This document shows, piece after piece, positions 32,738-42,386 of a DNA stretch of 49,172 bases. Under the pieces are notes generated by a model. The model did no database searches. It saw nothing but the letters and a program-made list of their open reading frames with translations, and was not told the DNA's origin. The translations under genes were made by a program, and so were the position numbers. The DNA comes from Desulfobacterales bacterium (GTDB lineage Bacteria; Desulfobacterota; Desulfobacteria; Desulfobacterales; UBA11574): contig JBFESJ010000003.1 in the NCBI GenBank assembly GCA_041548585.1, positions 1-49,172 of the forward strand, in the 5' to 3' direction. Within the stretch, counting starts at the first letter, position 1, and each line of letters opens with the position of its first letter.

Positions 32738-32910
32738 CTCCAGTTTCGCACCCTTTTATTCAATGAAAGTCTTATCTGATTTCGCTCTGGAAGGTTTTAT
32801 TCAAAATCGATTTTTATGAAAACACATGGCGGTCATCCTTCGCTAATTAGATAAACACATCATCATATGATGTGTTTACTCAAAGGTTTGGGTGCGAAAC
32901 CTGAGCCATA
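32733..32910. mobile_element. 178-bp MITE-like element with terminal inverted repeats
   Basis: TATAACTCCAGTTTCGCACCC (32733-32753) vs reverse complement of 32890-32910 match 17/21, core GTTTCGCACCC perfect; internal hairpin TAAACACATCAT/ATGATGTGTTTA; partial copies elsewhere in the window. Confidence 0.6.
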
Positions 32911-32940
32911 ATTCAGCAAAATGTAAAATCAGGGAAAAAT

Positions 32941-34470
32941 ATGTATAAAAAAATTGTCATCAATGTTGCTGATCATGAAACCAGAGTGGCGCTTCTTGAG
33001 GATGGAAACATTGCCGAACTTTTTATAGAGCGCGGAGATGCTTCGGATATCGCAGGAAATATTTACAAAGGAAAGGTGCAGCGGGTTCTGCCGGGCATGC
33101 AGGCCGCGTTTATAGACATAGGATTCAAGCAGGCCGCGTTTATTTATGTGAGCGATGTAATCGGTCGAGATTACAGCCCAATTGAAGATTTCCTAAACAA
33201 TAATAACGACACAGAAGAAAACAACCCTTACAATTCGTATGTCTCTTCGATTCGTCGGGATAGGCATATCGAAGAACTTATCACAGAAGGCCAGGAAATT
33301 ATGGTTCAGGCTGCCAAAGCGCCGATCGGCTCTAAAGGGGCTCGTCTGACAACACATATCTCCCTTCCGGGCCGATTTCTTGTGCTTATGCCCGCTTCAG
33401 AGCATATTGGAATCTCCAGGCGTATCGAAGATGATGCGGAACGGAGTCGTCTAAAGGCTATCGTTGAATCCATCCGTGAGGATAATTTCGGATATATTGT
33501 TCGAACTGCGGCAGAGGGTGTTCAGGAAGAGAAGCTCAAGTATGAGATGGGTTTTCTCAAAAATTTATGGGAGAGCATTCAAAAAAAATACCAAACCTCT
33601 CCAGCGCCATATCTTTTACATAAAGAGGTGGCAATCAGCCTTCGTGCTGTGCGGGATCTTTTGTTACATGAAGCTGAAAAACTGATCATCGATTCTCGTA
33701 AGGGTTACGAATCTATTTTAGACTTTCTGGACACATTTATGCCGAGTCTTAAAGATTCGGTGGAGCTTTATGAGGGATTGGAGACGATATTTGATGCATT
33801 TAATTTAGAAGCGGATATTTCACGTGCGATAAAAAAGAAGGTATGGCTTAAATCCGGTGGATATATCGTGATCGAACATACAGAAGCTCTGGTCGCCATC
33901 GATGTAAACACCGGACGGTATGTCGGCAAATATAACCTGGAAGAAACGATTTTAAAAACCAATCTTGAAGCTGTTAAGGAAATCGCCTATCAAATTCGTC
34001 TTCGGGATATCGGTGGTATCATCATCATCGATTTTATCGATATGGAAAAAAAATCGAATCAAGAAAAGGTGTTTAAAGCGTTAACAGGAGCGCTAAAAAA
34101 AGATAGGAGTAAAACCCACGTCCTGCCCATATCGGAGTTTGGATTAATACAGATGACCCGAAAACGGATTCGCAAGCCGCTTACAAGGATGCTGTGCGAG
34201 CCTTGCTTTTATTGTGACGGAGAAGGATATCTTATCTCCAAACAGACAATATGTTATAATATTTATCGGGAAATCCTTCGTGACTCTCGAGACATGATAG
34301 GGATCAAGGTCAGCCTGAGGGTCAACCCTGAAATTGCTGAGCTTCTTTATGGTGAGGAAAGTCATATCATCGTTGCTGTTGAGCAGGTTATCGGGAAACA
34401 GATTATCATTTACCCTGATGCCAAGCTTCATGTAGAAGAGTTTGACATTTTTGAAATTATCAAAGAATAA
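32941..34470 (+). CDS. rng: Ribonuclease G (Rne/Rng family)
   Basis: GNIYKGKVQRVLPGMQAAFIDIG S1 domain, AIDVNTG, DIGGIIIIDFIDM, CFYCDGEG; no long RNase E tail. Confidence 0.93.
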   Translation: MYKKIVINVADHETRVALLEDGNIAELFIERGDASDIAGNIYKGKVQRVLPGMQAAFIDIGFKQAAFIYVSDVIGRDYSPIEDFLNNNNDTEENNPYNSYVSSIRRDRHIEELITEGQEIMVQAAKAPIGSKGARLTTHISLPGRFLVLMPASEHIGISRRIEDDAERSRLKAIVESIREDNFGYIVRTAAEGVQEEKLKYEMGFLKNLWESIQKKYQTSPAPYLLHKEVAISLRAVRDLLLHEAEKLIIDSRKGYESILDFLDTFMPSLKDSVELYEGLETIFDAFNLEADISRAIKKKVWLKSGGYIVIEHTEALVAIDVNTGRYVGKYNLEETILKTNLEAVKEIAYQIRLRDIGGIIIIDFIDMEKKSNQEKVFKALTGALKKDRSKTHVLPISEFGLIQMTRKRIRKPLTRMLCEPCFYCDGEGYLISKQTICYNIYREILRDSRDMIGIKVSLRVNPEIAELLYGEESHIIVAVEQVIGKQIIIYPDAKLHVEEFDIFEIIKE

Positions 34471-34529
34471 TTGGACAAAAACGTCACCACATGATGCGTT
34501 TGCGCAAACGTTTGGGTGCGAGACGTGAG
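34468..34529 (+). repeat. Degenerate copy of the right end of the 32733-32910 element
   Basis: 50/62 ungapped identity to 32844-32905; begins with the rng TAA stop. Confidence 0.8.
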
Positions 34530-34694
34530 TAATTTAATTTTGTCATTAAATTTTGATTGCTCCAGTTTGAAGCTTGACAACGCGGTCATCTTGTGATTTA
34601 TAAATCCGGTTAAATTAATAATTCGTAAAATAACACGTATTAATTTTTCAAAGATAATGAAAAATTTATGGTGTCTGAATAAGGATTTTAGATT

Positions 34695-34829
34695 ATGAAA
34701 CGAACATATCAACCAAGCAGAATTAAGCGAGCAAGAACACACGGGTTTTTGAAAAGAATGTCCACAAAACAAGGCAGAAGGATTATTAACAGGCGCAGAT
34801 CAAAAGGTAGAATCCGTTTGTCAGTATAA
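34695..34829 (+). CDS. rpmH: 50S ribosomal protein L34 (missing from the ORF track)
   Basis: Manual translation [44 protein letters not shown]; precedes rnpA. Confidence 0.97.
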   Translation: MKRTYQPSRIKRARTHGFLKRMSTKQGRRIINRRRSKGRIRLSV

Positions 34830-34889
34830 ACAGCGTTGCTCGATAGAGAAAATATTTAAATAACAATGGGTTGAGCAGAGGAGGCGCTT

Positions 34890-35243
34890 TTGCGCTGCTG
34901 TTATACCAAGGCTGACAGAATATTAAAACGCTCCGAATTTCTTAGATTGTCTATCCAGGGGAGAAAAATACAAAATAAATATTTTATTGCCATATTCTCT
35001 CCGGGCCAATTTCAAAGAATCCGCCTTGGTGTCACTGTAGCGAGAAAAGTTGGAAATGCCGCAACACGCAACAGGATTAAAAGATTTTCTCGCGAATATT
35101 TTCGGCGAAACAGGCACATTATAACAGGTCATTGGGATATCAATATTATCGCTAAAAAAGAGGCCGCGGAGTTATCATCGGAGCAGGCCTATCTATCCCT
35201 TGAAAACATTTTTAAAAATATTTCCAGGAGCAAAGAACATTAA
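34890..35243 (+). CDS. rnpA: Ribonuclease P protein component
   Basis: [21 protein letters not shown] motif; TTG start after GAGGAGG. Confidence 0.95.
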   Translation: MRCCYTKADRILKRSEFLRLSIQGRKIQNKYFIAIFSPGQFQRIRLGVTVARKVGNAATRNRIKRFSREYFRRNRHIITGHWDINIIAKKEAAELSSEQAYLSLENIFKNISRSKEH

Positions 35244-35460
35244 TAGAATATTTGCGATACCGGCTCTGATTTTTATTAGAGTATATCAATTCATATTGTC
35301 TCCAGTTATGGCTCCTGCATGCCGTTTTTATCCAACCTGTTCCGAGTATGCCTATCAGTCTATTTTGCGTTATGGATTTCTAAAGGGATTTTTCCTTACT
35401 TTAAAAAGACTTTTAAGGTGTCATCCCTTTCATCCGGGAGGAATCGATCCTGTTCCTTAA
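35200..35460 (+). CDS. yidD: Membrane protein insertion efficiency factor YidD
   Basis: [11 protein letters not shown]...[17 protein letters not shown]; start codon uncertain. Confidence 0.92.
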   Translation: MKTFLKIFPGAKNINRIFAIPALIFIRVYQFILSPVMAPACRFYPTCSEYAYQSILRYGFLKGFFLTLKRLLRCHPFHPGGIDPVP

Positions 35461-35649
35461 CACAATGTAATTTGTCGCATTGAGGAATAGATTCGAAATA
35501 TAGGGTGCCGATTCAAGACGAAAATATAATATTTGCCCACCTTCTCATAATCCTACAAATATTTTACTCCTTTGAACCCGAAAGATACCGACGATTCATT
35601 TAATCTGAACAGAACTTTTTATGTATCATATTGAATTTTGGAGAGGACA

Positions 35650-37323
35650 ATGGAACACGCGCGATTATTTATTGCAATAGCACTTTCTTTGCTTGTGTTT
35701 GTTGCATGGAATTTTTTATTTGTTGATAAAAAAACGGACCAGCTTCCCAAACAAGCCATTCAAGCGGAACCACAGGCGGGTAAGAAATCAGAATTTCAGG
35801 AAAAAGAGAAGGTTTTAAAAGAAACGACCCCATTGAAATCAACGGCGCCGTTAAAAGAAATAACTGCGGAGGCGATGAAACCTTCAAAAACAATAACTGT
35901 AAATTTGCCTTTATACACAGTAAAAATTTCAGAAAAAGGCGCTGTTTTCAAGAGTTTTGTTCTTGAAAATTATAAAAAGAATATCAATGCGGACTCCCCC
36001 TTGCTGGAAATGATACCGCTTGATTTGTCCGAAGGAACCGTGCAGATCGGATTTGCCGGAAATAGCCTTCAGGGGCTTGATGATGCGGTTTTTTCGGTGA
36101 ATATGGAGAAGGATTCTGTAGATATTAAAGAGTCACCCAAAGAAATCTCTTTTTCATGGAAATCTCCCCAAGGGATTGTCGTTGAAAAGAAATTTTTATT
36201 TTCACCCAAAACCTATATGATTGACCTTGATGTTAGGATTAAAAACGGATCCGATCGAGTGATTAAAGACAACCTAACGTTATCTCTTTTGAAAGCGCCA
36301 CCAGATAAAGGGAGCAGGATTGGCTTCGAAGGGCCGAGCGCACTGATCAACAATAAACTCGAACAAATTAAGATTAAGAAGATAAAAAAGCAAGACGTAT
36401 ATCCGGGAAACTTAAAATGGATTGCAGTCCAGGACCGTTATTTTATGTCTGCTATCATTCCTGAAGAAGCTGTAGATGCCAGTATGCACCTCAGCTTTGA
36501 TGACAGTAAGATTCTAAAAAATACATATGTGCAGCCAGAACACACCATTGATCCTGATAATCAGCATGTTTTTAAGTACAAACTGTTTTTGGGGCCGAAA
36601 AGCATGACGGTATTAAAATCATTAGATTATGATCTAATCAAAGCCGTCCATTTCGGTATGTTTGATATCCTCGCTAAACCATGCGTCTGGATAATGAACT
36701 TTTTATATGATCATTTTATCCCAAATTTTGGTATTGCTATAATAATTTTGACCATATTTACCAAAATCATTCTTTGGCCGCTTGGAAATAAGAGCTATAA
36801 GTCAATGGCTGAAATGAAAAAAATTCAACCGTTGATGGCGGAAATTAAAGAGAAATACAAAGATGACAAGAAAAGGATGAATCAAGAGATGATGGGATTG
36901 TATAAAACTTACAAGGTCAATCCCATGGGCGGATGTCTTCCAATGGTTGTACAGATCCCCGTATTCTTTGCGCTTTATCGGATGTTATATGAAGCCATAG
37001 AATTAAGACATGCTCCTTTTTTCGGGTGGATTAACGATTTGTCAGCCCCGGATCGCCTTTTCCGATTCGATTTTGCCGTTCCATTCATGGAACCGCCATA
37101 CGGCATTCCTGTTTTAACCATAATTATGGGGGCGACCATGTTTTTTCAGCAGAAAATGTCGCCTCCAGCCGGTGATCCGACCCAGGCCAAAATGATGATG
37201 ATGATGCCCATTGTTTTTACGTTTATTTTTATCAATTTTTCTTCGGGGCTTGTTTTGTACTGGCTTGTGAACAATGTCATTTCCATGGCCCAGCAGTATT
37301 ATATTACGAAGAAAAGTGCTTAA
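35650..37323 (+). CDS. yidC: Membrane protein insertase YidC
   Basis: NFGIAIIILT, NPMGGCLPMVVQIPVFFALY, WINDLSAPD, GLVLYWLVNN; ATG 35650 after GAGAGG. Confidence 0.97.
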   Translation: MEHARLFIAIALSLLVFVAWNFLFVDKKTDQLPKQAIQAEPQAGKKSEFQEKEKVLKETTPLKSTAPLKEITAEAMKPSKTITVNLPLYTVKISEKGAVFKSFVLENYKKNINADSPLLEMIPLDLSEGTVQIGFAGNSLQGLDDAVFSVNMEKDSVDIKESPKEISFSWKSPQGIVVEKKFLFSPKTYMIDLDVRIKNGSDRVIKDNLTLSLLKAPPDKGSRIGFEGPSALINNKLEQIKIKKIKKQDVYPGNLKWIAVQDRYFMSAIIPEEAVDASMHLSFDDSKILKNTYVQPEHTIDPDNQHVFKYKLFLGPKSMTVLKSLDYDLIKAVHFGMFDILAKPCVWIMNFLYDHFIPNFGIAIIILTIFTKIILWPLGNKSYKSMAEMKKIQPLMAEIKEKYKDDKKRMNQEMMGLYKTYKVNPMGGCLPMVVQIPVFFALYRMLYEAIELRHAPFFGWINDLSAPDRLFRFDFAVPFMEPPYGIPVLTIIMGATMFFQQKMSPPAGDPTQAKMMMMMPIVFTFIFINFSSGLVLYWLVNNVISMAQQYYITKKSA

Positions 37324-37339
37324 TAACGGAGGTTTAACA

Positions 37340-38122
37340 ATGTCGTCCAGTTTGGAGTTTGAAGAAAAAAATGTCGAAATGGCTGTCAAAAAGGCCTGTG
37401 AAGAATTAAACATACCTAGGGATAAACTCAAACATGACGTTATTTCTTATGGGTCAACCGGGATTTTTGGGTTGGTGGGTACTAAAAAGGCACGTATTCG
37501 TGTCACCATACCCAAAGCACCCAAGGAATTTAAAATTGAAGATTCAGATACTGAAAAAGAGAAGATCGCATCTTCCGATCAAGCCTTGGAGGATGAAGGC
37601 TTTCAAATGGATGCCGCAATTGACGAGATAGAAATTTCCCATTCATATGATGATCCAAAAGATATTGGCAGGGATGCCCTACAGCGCATTATCAATTTAA
37701 TTACCACGGATGCAACAATATCGATTAACGAGAAATCGAATCGAATTTTTTTCAATGTCAAAGGTGGAAACCCTGCCGTTCTTATTGGCAAGCGCGGACA
37801 AACGCTTGAGGCTATTCAATATGTTGTTGAAAAAATTGTAAATAAGAGCAGGAAAGAACGTGTTGGGATTCAGGTAGATGTTGAAGGCTATCTGGAAAAG
37901 CGGCGAGTCAGCTTGGAAAAAGCGGCCTTGAGGCTTGCTGAGAAGGTTAAGCGAACTGGAAAACCAGCGACAATCGGCCAAATGAATTCTCACGACCGAA
38001 GGATCGTTCATATCGCCTTGAAGGATGATAGCAGGGTTAGAACCCAGAGTATGGGGGAGGGTATTTTAAGGAAACTCGTTATCTTTCCAAAGAAAAATTC
38101 ATGGCGAAAGAAAAGTAAATAA
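37340..38122 (+). CDS. jag: Jag/EloR (KhpB) RNA-binding protein
   Basis: Jag_N GIFGLVG, KH LIGKRGQTLEAIQY, R3H MNSHDRRIVH; ATG 37340 after GGAGG. Confidence 0.93.
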   Translation: MSSSLEFEEKNVEMAVKKACEELNIPRDKLKHDVISYGSTGIFGLVGTKKARIRVTIPKAPKEFKIEDSDTEKEKIASSDQALEDEGFQMDAAIDEIEISHSYDDPKDIGRDALQRIINLITTDATISINEKSNRIFFNVKGGNPAVLIGKRGQTLEAIQYVVEKIVNKSRKERVGIQVDVEGYLEKRRVSLEKAALRLAEKVKRTGKPATIGQMNSHDRRIVHIALKDDSRVRTQSMGEGILRKLVIFPKKNSWRKKSK

Positions 38123-38216
38123 CTCAAGCTTCAAATATTTTTGATCGTATGAAGCAGATATTTCAAGATCTTCCATTCGTTTGAAGGTGTTGAAGCCAGC
38201 TCTAAATAATAAAAAA

Positions 38217-39632
38217 ATGAAATGTGATACTATCGCCGCCATTGCGACACCCACCGGCAGCGGCGGTATCGGGATTATTAAAATTTCCGGTAAAGACGCT
38301 TTTTCGATCGCTGAAGCGATTTTTCAAAGATCTCGCGGATCATGTGGTGAAGCGCGACCAGGGGACGATCCATCCTTTTTCTCATTAAAATCCCACCGAC
38401 TTTATTACGGGCATATTGTGAATCCTGAAACAGGAAGGGTGCTGGATGAAGTTCTTATCTCGGCGATGAAAGCACCCCGGACATATACGAGAGAGGATGT
38501 TATCGAAATAAACACCCATTCAGGCCGTATTGTCGTGGCTTCGATTCTCGATTTGGTATTAAAAACAGGTGCAAGATTGGCCGATCCCGGTGAATTTACA
38601 AAAAGGGCATATCTTAGCGGACGTATTGATCTCACACAAGCCGAAGCGGTCATTGATATTATCAATTCCAGAACCGAAAAATCGCTTGAAATTGCAACTT
38701 CACAGATAAAAGGGGGGTTGAGAAACAGCATTGAGTCCATTAGAAATTCACTGATAGACATTTTAGCTGAAGTGGAGGCTGCAATTGATTTCCCGGAAGA
38801 TGTCGGGGAAGTTATTGATGCGGAATCCGTTATCAAGGTTTTGGAAAAGACGGTTATCGGTGAGTTAAGAGAGCTGGTTGCGCAATATGAGAATGCACAT
38901 TTTCTAAGAGACGGCCTTAAAATGATTGTCGTTGGTAGGCCCAATGTGGGCAAATCGAGCCTTATGAATCGGCTGATAAAAGAAGATCGCGTAATTGTTA
39001 CGCCTATTCCCGGGACAACGAGAGATTTAATCGAAGAAACATTGAATATTCGTGGCATACCGGTTATTATTGCAGATAGCGCAGGCCTTCACGATACGAA
39101 GGATCCCGTTGAAGTCATTGGCATAGAAAAGACCCATGAATATATTCATAGTTCAGATTTAATTCTTTTCATGATTGATGCCAGTGATCCATTTACCAGC
39201 GAGGATCATAAAATATATAGGGCAATCAAAGACAAGCGCATAATACTGGTAATGAATAAAATCGATCTGGTGGCGGATGATATTGAACCTGAAATCCCCG
39301 AAGGGTGGGAAATAACACCAAACATCAAGATTTCAGCATTATATGGAAAGGGTTTGGGCAGGCTCAGGGATTTAATTGCAAAACTTACAATTGGAGACCA
39401 GCGTCTTGAGGTCCAAAATACAATCATTCCCAATTTAAGGCATAAAATCGCCATTGAAAAAAGTTTAGAGCTTTCAGTTTCAGCGGCCAAAGAAATACGC
39501 AAAGGGACTTCGTTCGAGCTGATTGCCATCGATATTCAGGAAGCATTTGACAGGTTGGGTGAAATTATCGGTGCCGTTACCAGGGAAGATGTTATCGATC
39601 AGATTTTCAGCCGATTCTGTATCGGAAAATAA
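38217..39632 (+). CDS. mnmE: tRNA modification GTPase MnmE
   Basis: DTIAAIAT, PGEFTKRA, GRPNVGKSS, PGTTRD, C-terminal FSRFCIGK. Confidence 0.97.
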   Translation: MKCDTIAAIATPTGSGGIGIIKISGKDAFSIAEAIFQRSRGSCGEARPGDDPSFFSLKSHRLYYGHIVNPETGRVLDEVLISAMKAPRTYTREDVIEINTHSGRIVVASILDLVLKTGARLADPGEFTKRAYLSGRIDLTQAEAVIDIINSRTEKSLEIATSQIKGGLRNSIESIRNSLIDILAEVEAAIDFPEDVGEVIDAESVIKVLEKTVIGELRELVAQYENAHFLRDGLKMIVVGRPNVGKSSLMNRLIKEDRVIVTPIPGTTRDLIEETLNIRGIPVIIADSAGLHDTKDPVEVIGIEKTHEYIHSSDLILFMIDASDPFTSEDHKIYRAIKDKRIILVMNKIDLVADDIEPEIPEGWEITPNIKISALYGKGLGRLRDLIAKLTIGDQRLEVQNTIIPNLRHKIAIEKSLELSVSAAKEIRKGTSFELIAIDIQEAFDRLGEIIGAVTREDVIDQIFSRFCIGK

Positions 39633-39648
39633 TGTTTCACGTGAAACA
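39633..39648. other. parS centromere-like site
   Basis: Perfect TGTTTCACGTGAAACA palindrome immediately after the mnmE stop codon. Confidence 0.9.
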
Positions 39649-39709
39649 AATGCGTTGAATGATAGACTTACGAAGGTTATGCATCCATATTTATATAAGG
39701 AGTTAAATA

Positions 39710-40447
39710 ATGAAAATAGACTTTACGGCATATTTTGAAAAATACGAGGCACTTTCAGCAAAAGCCGATGAATTGTTTGCAAAGGTTCAGGAAGAGTTTC
39801 CGGAATGTGTAACATGTGAAATCAAATGCGCAGACTGCTGCCACGCCCTGTTTGATCTCACTTTGATCGAAGCGATTTATATCAATAATCAATTCAATAA
39901 AACGTTTAAGGGTAAGGAAAAAGAGAAACTGATCGAAAAATCAAACCGTGCGGATCGAAAAACATACATGATCAAAAGAAAAGCATATAAGGATAAAGAG
40001 GCTGGAAAGAACGAGGTTGATATCCTAATGGAAATTGCCGCTGAACGTGTCAGGTGCCCGCTTCTCAATGACGATAATATGTGCGATCTTTATGAATATC
40101 GGCCTATTACGTGCCGACTTTACGGCATGCCGACATCTACAGGCGGCATCTCACATACCTGTGGAAAGTCGGCTTTTGTTGAGGGCAGACCGTATCCAAC
40201 GGCCAATTTAGATATTATTCAAAAAAAGCTTTACGAGATTTCTGCTGAATTTGTCGGCCGGATCAAGACCCGGCATGCCAAGATGGCCGATATGCTTGTT
40301 CCGTTATCCATGGCGATTATTACAGAATATAACGAAAACTATCTTGGCTTAAAGGACGAGAAGCAAACTCTCAAGGAGCAAGGAAAAGAAAATGACAGTG
40401 ATATCTCAAGAAGAAGAGAAAAAACGAAAAAAGGCCATTTTCGATAG
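39710..40447 (+). CDS. YkgJ/UPF0153 cysteine-cluster (CxxCxxCC) protein
   Basis: CEIKCADCC, RCPLL...CDLYEYRPITCRLYG. Confidence 0.88.
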   Translation: MKIDFTAYFEKYEALSAKADELFAKVQEEFPECVTCEIKCADCCHALFDLTLIEAIYINNQFNKTFKGKEKEKLIEKSNRADRKTYMIKRKAYKDKEAGKNEVDILMEIAAERVRCPLLNDDNMCDLYEYRPITCRLYGMPTSTGGISHTCGKSAFVEGRPYPTANLDIIQKKLYEISAEFVGRIKTRHAKMADMLVPLSMAIITEYNENYLGLKDEKQTLKEQGKENDSDISRRREKTKKGHFR

Positions 40448-40745
40448 CATGTCGCCACGGCGCCAGAAACACATTTTAAAAAAAGGATATGAAAAATGGG
40501 ATCCTTTTCAGGAACCCAAAGATCCCATAGATATCAGAAAAGATAAAACAAAGCGAACGACGCAAACACTGGTTCGAGAATTTTTACAAACGAGAAGCTT
40601 TCAGGAATACAGCAATGCGTACGGGGGGGGCGTGCTTGAGATTTGCCTTGGAATTATCAATGATGATGACAGGTATAAAGGGATGTTTGAGTTTTCCGTC
40701 TGGTACCATGAATTGTTGAAACGGGAGGGATATGAGGAATCATAA
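40392..40745 (+). CDS. Hypothetical protein
   Basis: 117-aa ORF with AAGGA upstream, overlaps the YkgJ gene by 56 bp; no family recognised. Confidence 0.7.
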   Translation: MTVISQEEEKKRKKAIFDSMSPRRQKHILKKGYEKWDPFQEPKDPIDIRKDKTKRTTQTLVREFLQTRSFQEYSNAYGGGVLEICLGIINDDDRYKGMFEFSVWYHELLKREGYEES

Positions 40746-40795
40746 TCTCCGACCGTTTAAGATAGTTTTTTATATGTTTTGCCTGAAATGTGCCA

Positions 40796-41926
40796 TCAAA
40801 GGACAATCATAAAACTCCACAAAATACCCGCACAGATTGCAGATCCGATGACACCGGAAGAGTTGCAGGCCATGGCATGCATGAGGAGGAAATTTTCGGG
40901 ATCTTCGGACTGACCCACCAGATGAACCTCTCGGGCTGAACCAGGAACAGCTGATACGCCGGCAGCACCCAGCAACGGATTGATCTTTTCTTTCAGAAAA
41001 AGGTTCATAATTTTGGCAAATATGATTCCGGAGCCGGTTGCGATGCTAAACGCAATGGCTCCAAGAAAGAAAATCCCCACAGATTTTGGCGTTAGAAAGA
41101 CATCGCCTTGTGTGCTGGCACCCACCGTTAAACCTAAAAATATGGTTGCCGTATCGATGATTGCCGTACGGGCGGTCTGGGCCAGGCGTTCGGTGACACC
41201 GCATTCCTTTAGGAAATTTCCGAAAAAGAAGGTTCCCAAAAGCGGTATGGAGGCCGGTGCGAGAAAACAGCAGAGGATGACACCGATTCCAGGGAAAATG
41301 ATACGTTCTTTCTTGGACACCTTTCGGAGTTCGGGCATCCGGATGAGTCGCTCCTCACGATTGGTCAGAAGCCTCATGATGGGCGGCTGAATAACAGGTA
41401 TCAGGGCCATATAGGAATAGGCTGCAATGGCGATGGGTCCGATCAGATGCGGTGCCAGTTTCGCGGTGAGAAATATGGATGTCGGTCCGTCGGCGCCACC
41501 AATAATGGCAATGGATGCGGCTTCCTTTGGCAAAAAGCCCAGGGCCAGAGCCCCCAGCAACGTAAAAAATATTCCCATCTGAGCTGCGGCACCCAAAAGC
41601 ATGAGGATCGGCCGGGCCAGCAAAGAAGAAAAATCGGTCATTGCCCCGAGGCCCAAAAAAACGATAGAGGGATACAGACCCGTGGTAACGCCGAAATACA
41701 AATAGTGCAGCACACTGTTACTTTCATAAATACCGAGCCCGAATCCCTTAAAAAAAGGGATATTCCCCACCAGAACGCCAAATCCGATGGGAATAAGAAG
41801 AAGCGGTTCGTATGCTTTTGCTGTTCCAAGATATAAAAATACAGTGCCGACCACAATCATTATTACGTTGCGGTAGTCCGCCAGATAGTATCCAGTATTC
41901 GATAAAAATTGAAATAGCAGATCCAT
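40796..41926 (-). CDS. oadB: Na+-translocating decarboxylase beta subunit
   Basis: YEPLLLIPIGFG, GAMTDF, IAIIGGADGPT, AAYSYMAL, GAAGVSAVP. Confidence 0.93.
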   Translation of the reverse strand: MDLLFQFLSNTGYYLADYRNVIMIVVGTVFLYLGTAKAYEPLLLIPIGFGVLVGNIPFFKGFGLGIYESNSVLHYLYFGVTTGLYPSIVFLGLGAMTDFSSLLARPILMLLGAAAQMGIFFTLLGALALGFLPKEAASIAIIGGADGPTSIFLTAKLAPHLIGPIAIAAYSYMALIPVIQPPIMRLLTNREERLIRMPELRKVSKKERIIFPGIGVILCCFLAPASIPLLGTFFFGNFLKECGVTERLAQTARTAIIDTATIFLGLTVGASTQGDVFLTPKSVGIFFLGAIAFSIATGSGIIFAKIMNLFLKEKINPLLGAAGVSAVPGSAREVHLVGQSEDPENFLLMHAMACNSSGVIGSAICAGILWSFMIVL

Positions 41927-41936
41927 GCATTAACCT

Positions 41937-42386
41937 TTAATCGTTGTCAGTAGTTTCATTCTCTATGGGTAATTTCCAGCTAAACACACCATCACCGTGG
42001 GGAATTAAAATTTTGGCATCACGAAAGGCTGTAAGCGTAATGTGCGGGTGTGGAAAATTTTTATCCTTTGCAATTTCATATAGATCGGAAAGATAAAACG
42101 TATCACCAATTTCTTCAATCAAAGGGCTATAAAGATGGGCAATTTTATCGAGATCCGTCGGAAAATCCTTTGATAAATCTGAATCTGGTTGTTCGTCGGG
42201 CGCTTCGTTTTCTTGTATTTGGTTGTTGTTTCGGAAACTGGCATATTTATTTTCAAAGAACAGCAGTATCTTGTGAATTTGAGAAATTACCGAGGACAGC
42301 ACGACCAGACCGCAAAAGACGATTAAAGCGCCAGCGATGGCCATTGCCCAGCCGTTATGAACCGATATTGCATGAAAGCCGTACAA
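41937..42386 (-). CDS. OadG-family decarboxylase gamma subunit-like protein
   Basis: One N-terminal TM (GALIVFCGLVVLS), Pro/acidic linker, small C-terminal domain; 10 bp upstream of oadB. Confidence 0.7.
   Translation of the reverse strand: MYGFHAISVHNGWAMAIAGALIVFCGLVVLSSVISQIHKILLFFENKYASFRNNNQIQENEAPDEQPDSDLSKDFPTDLDKIAHLYSPLIEEIGDTFYLSDLYEIAKDKNFPHPHITLTAFRDAKILIPHGDGVFSWKLPIENETTDND

Noticed and set aside
34428-34772. Minus-strand ORF at the position where dnaA would diverge from rpmH
   Set aside because: No DnaA similarity; overlaps rng and rpmH
38405-39058. 217-aa minus-strand ORF and similar antisense ORFs over core genes
   Set aside because: Fully opposite well-supported genes such as mnmE; no independent coding signal
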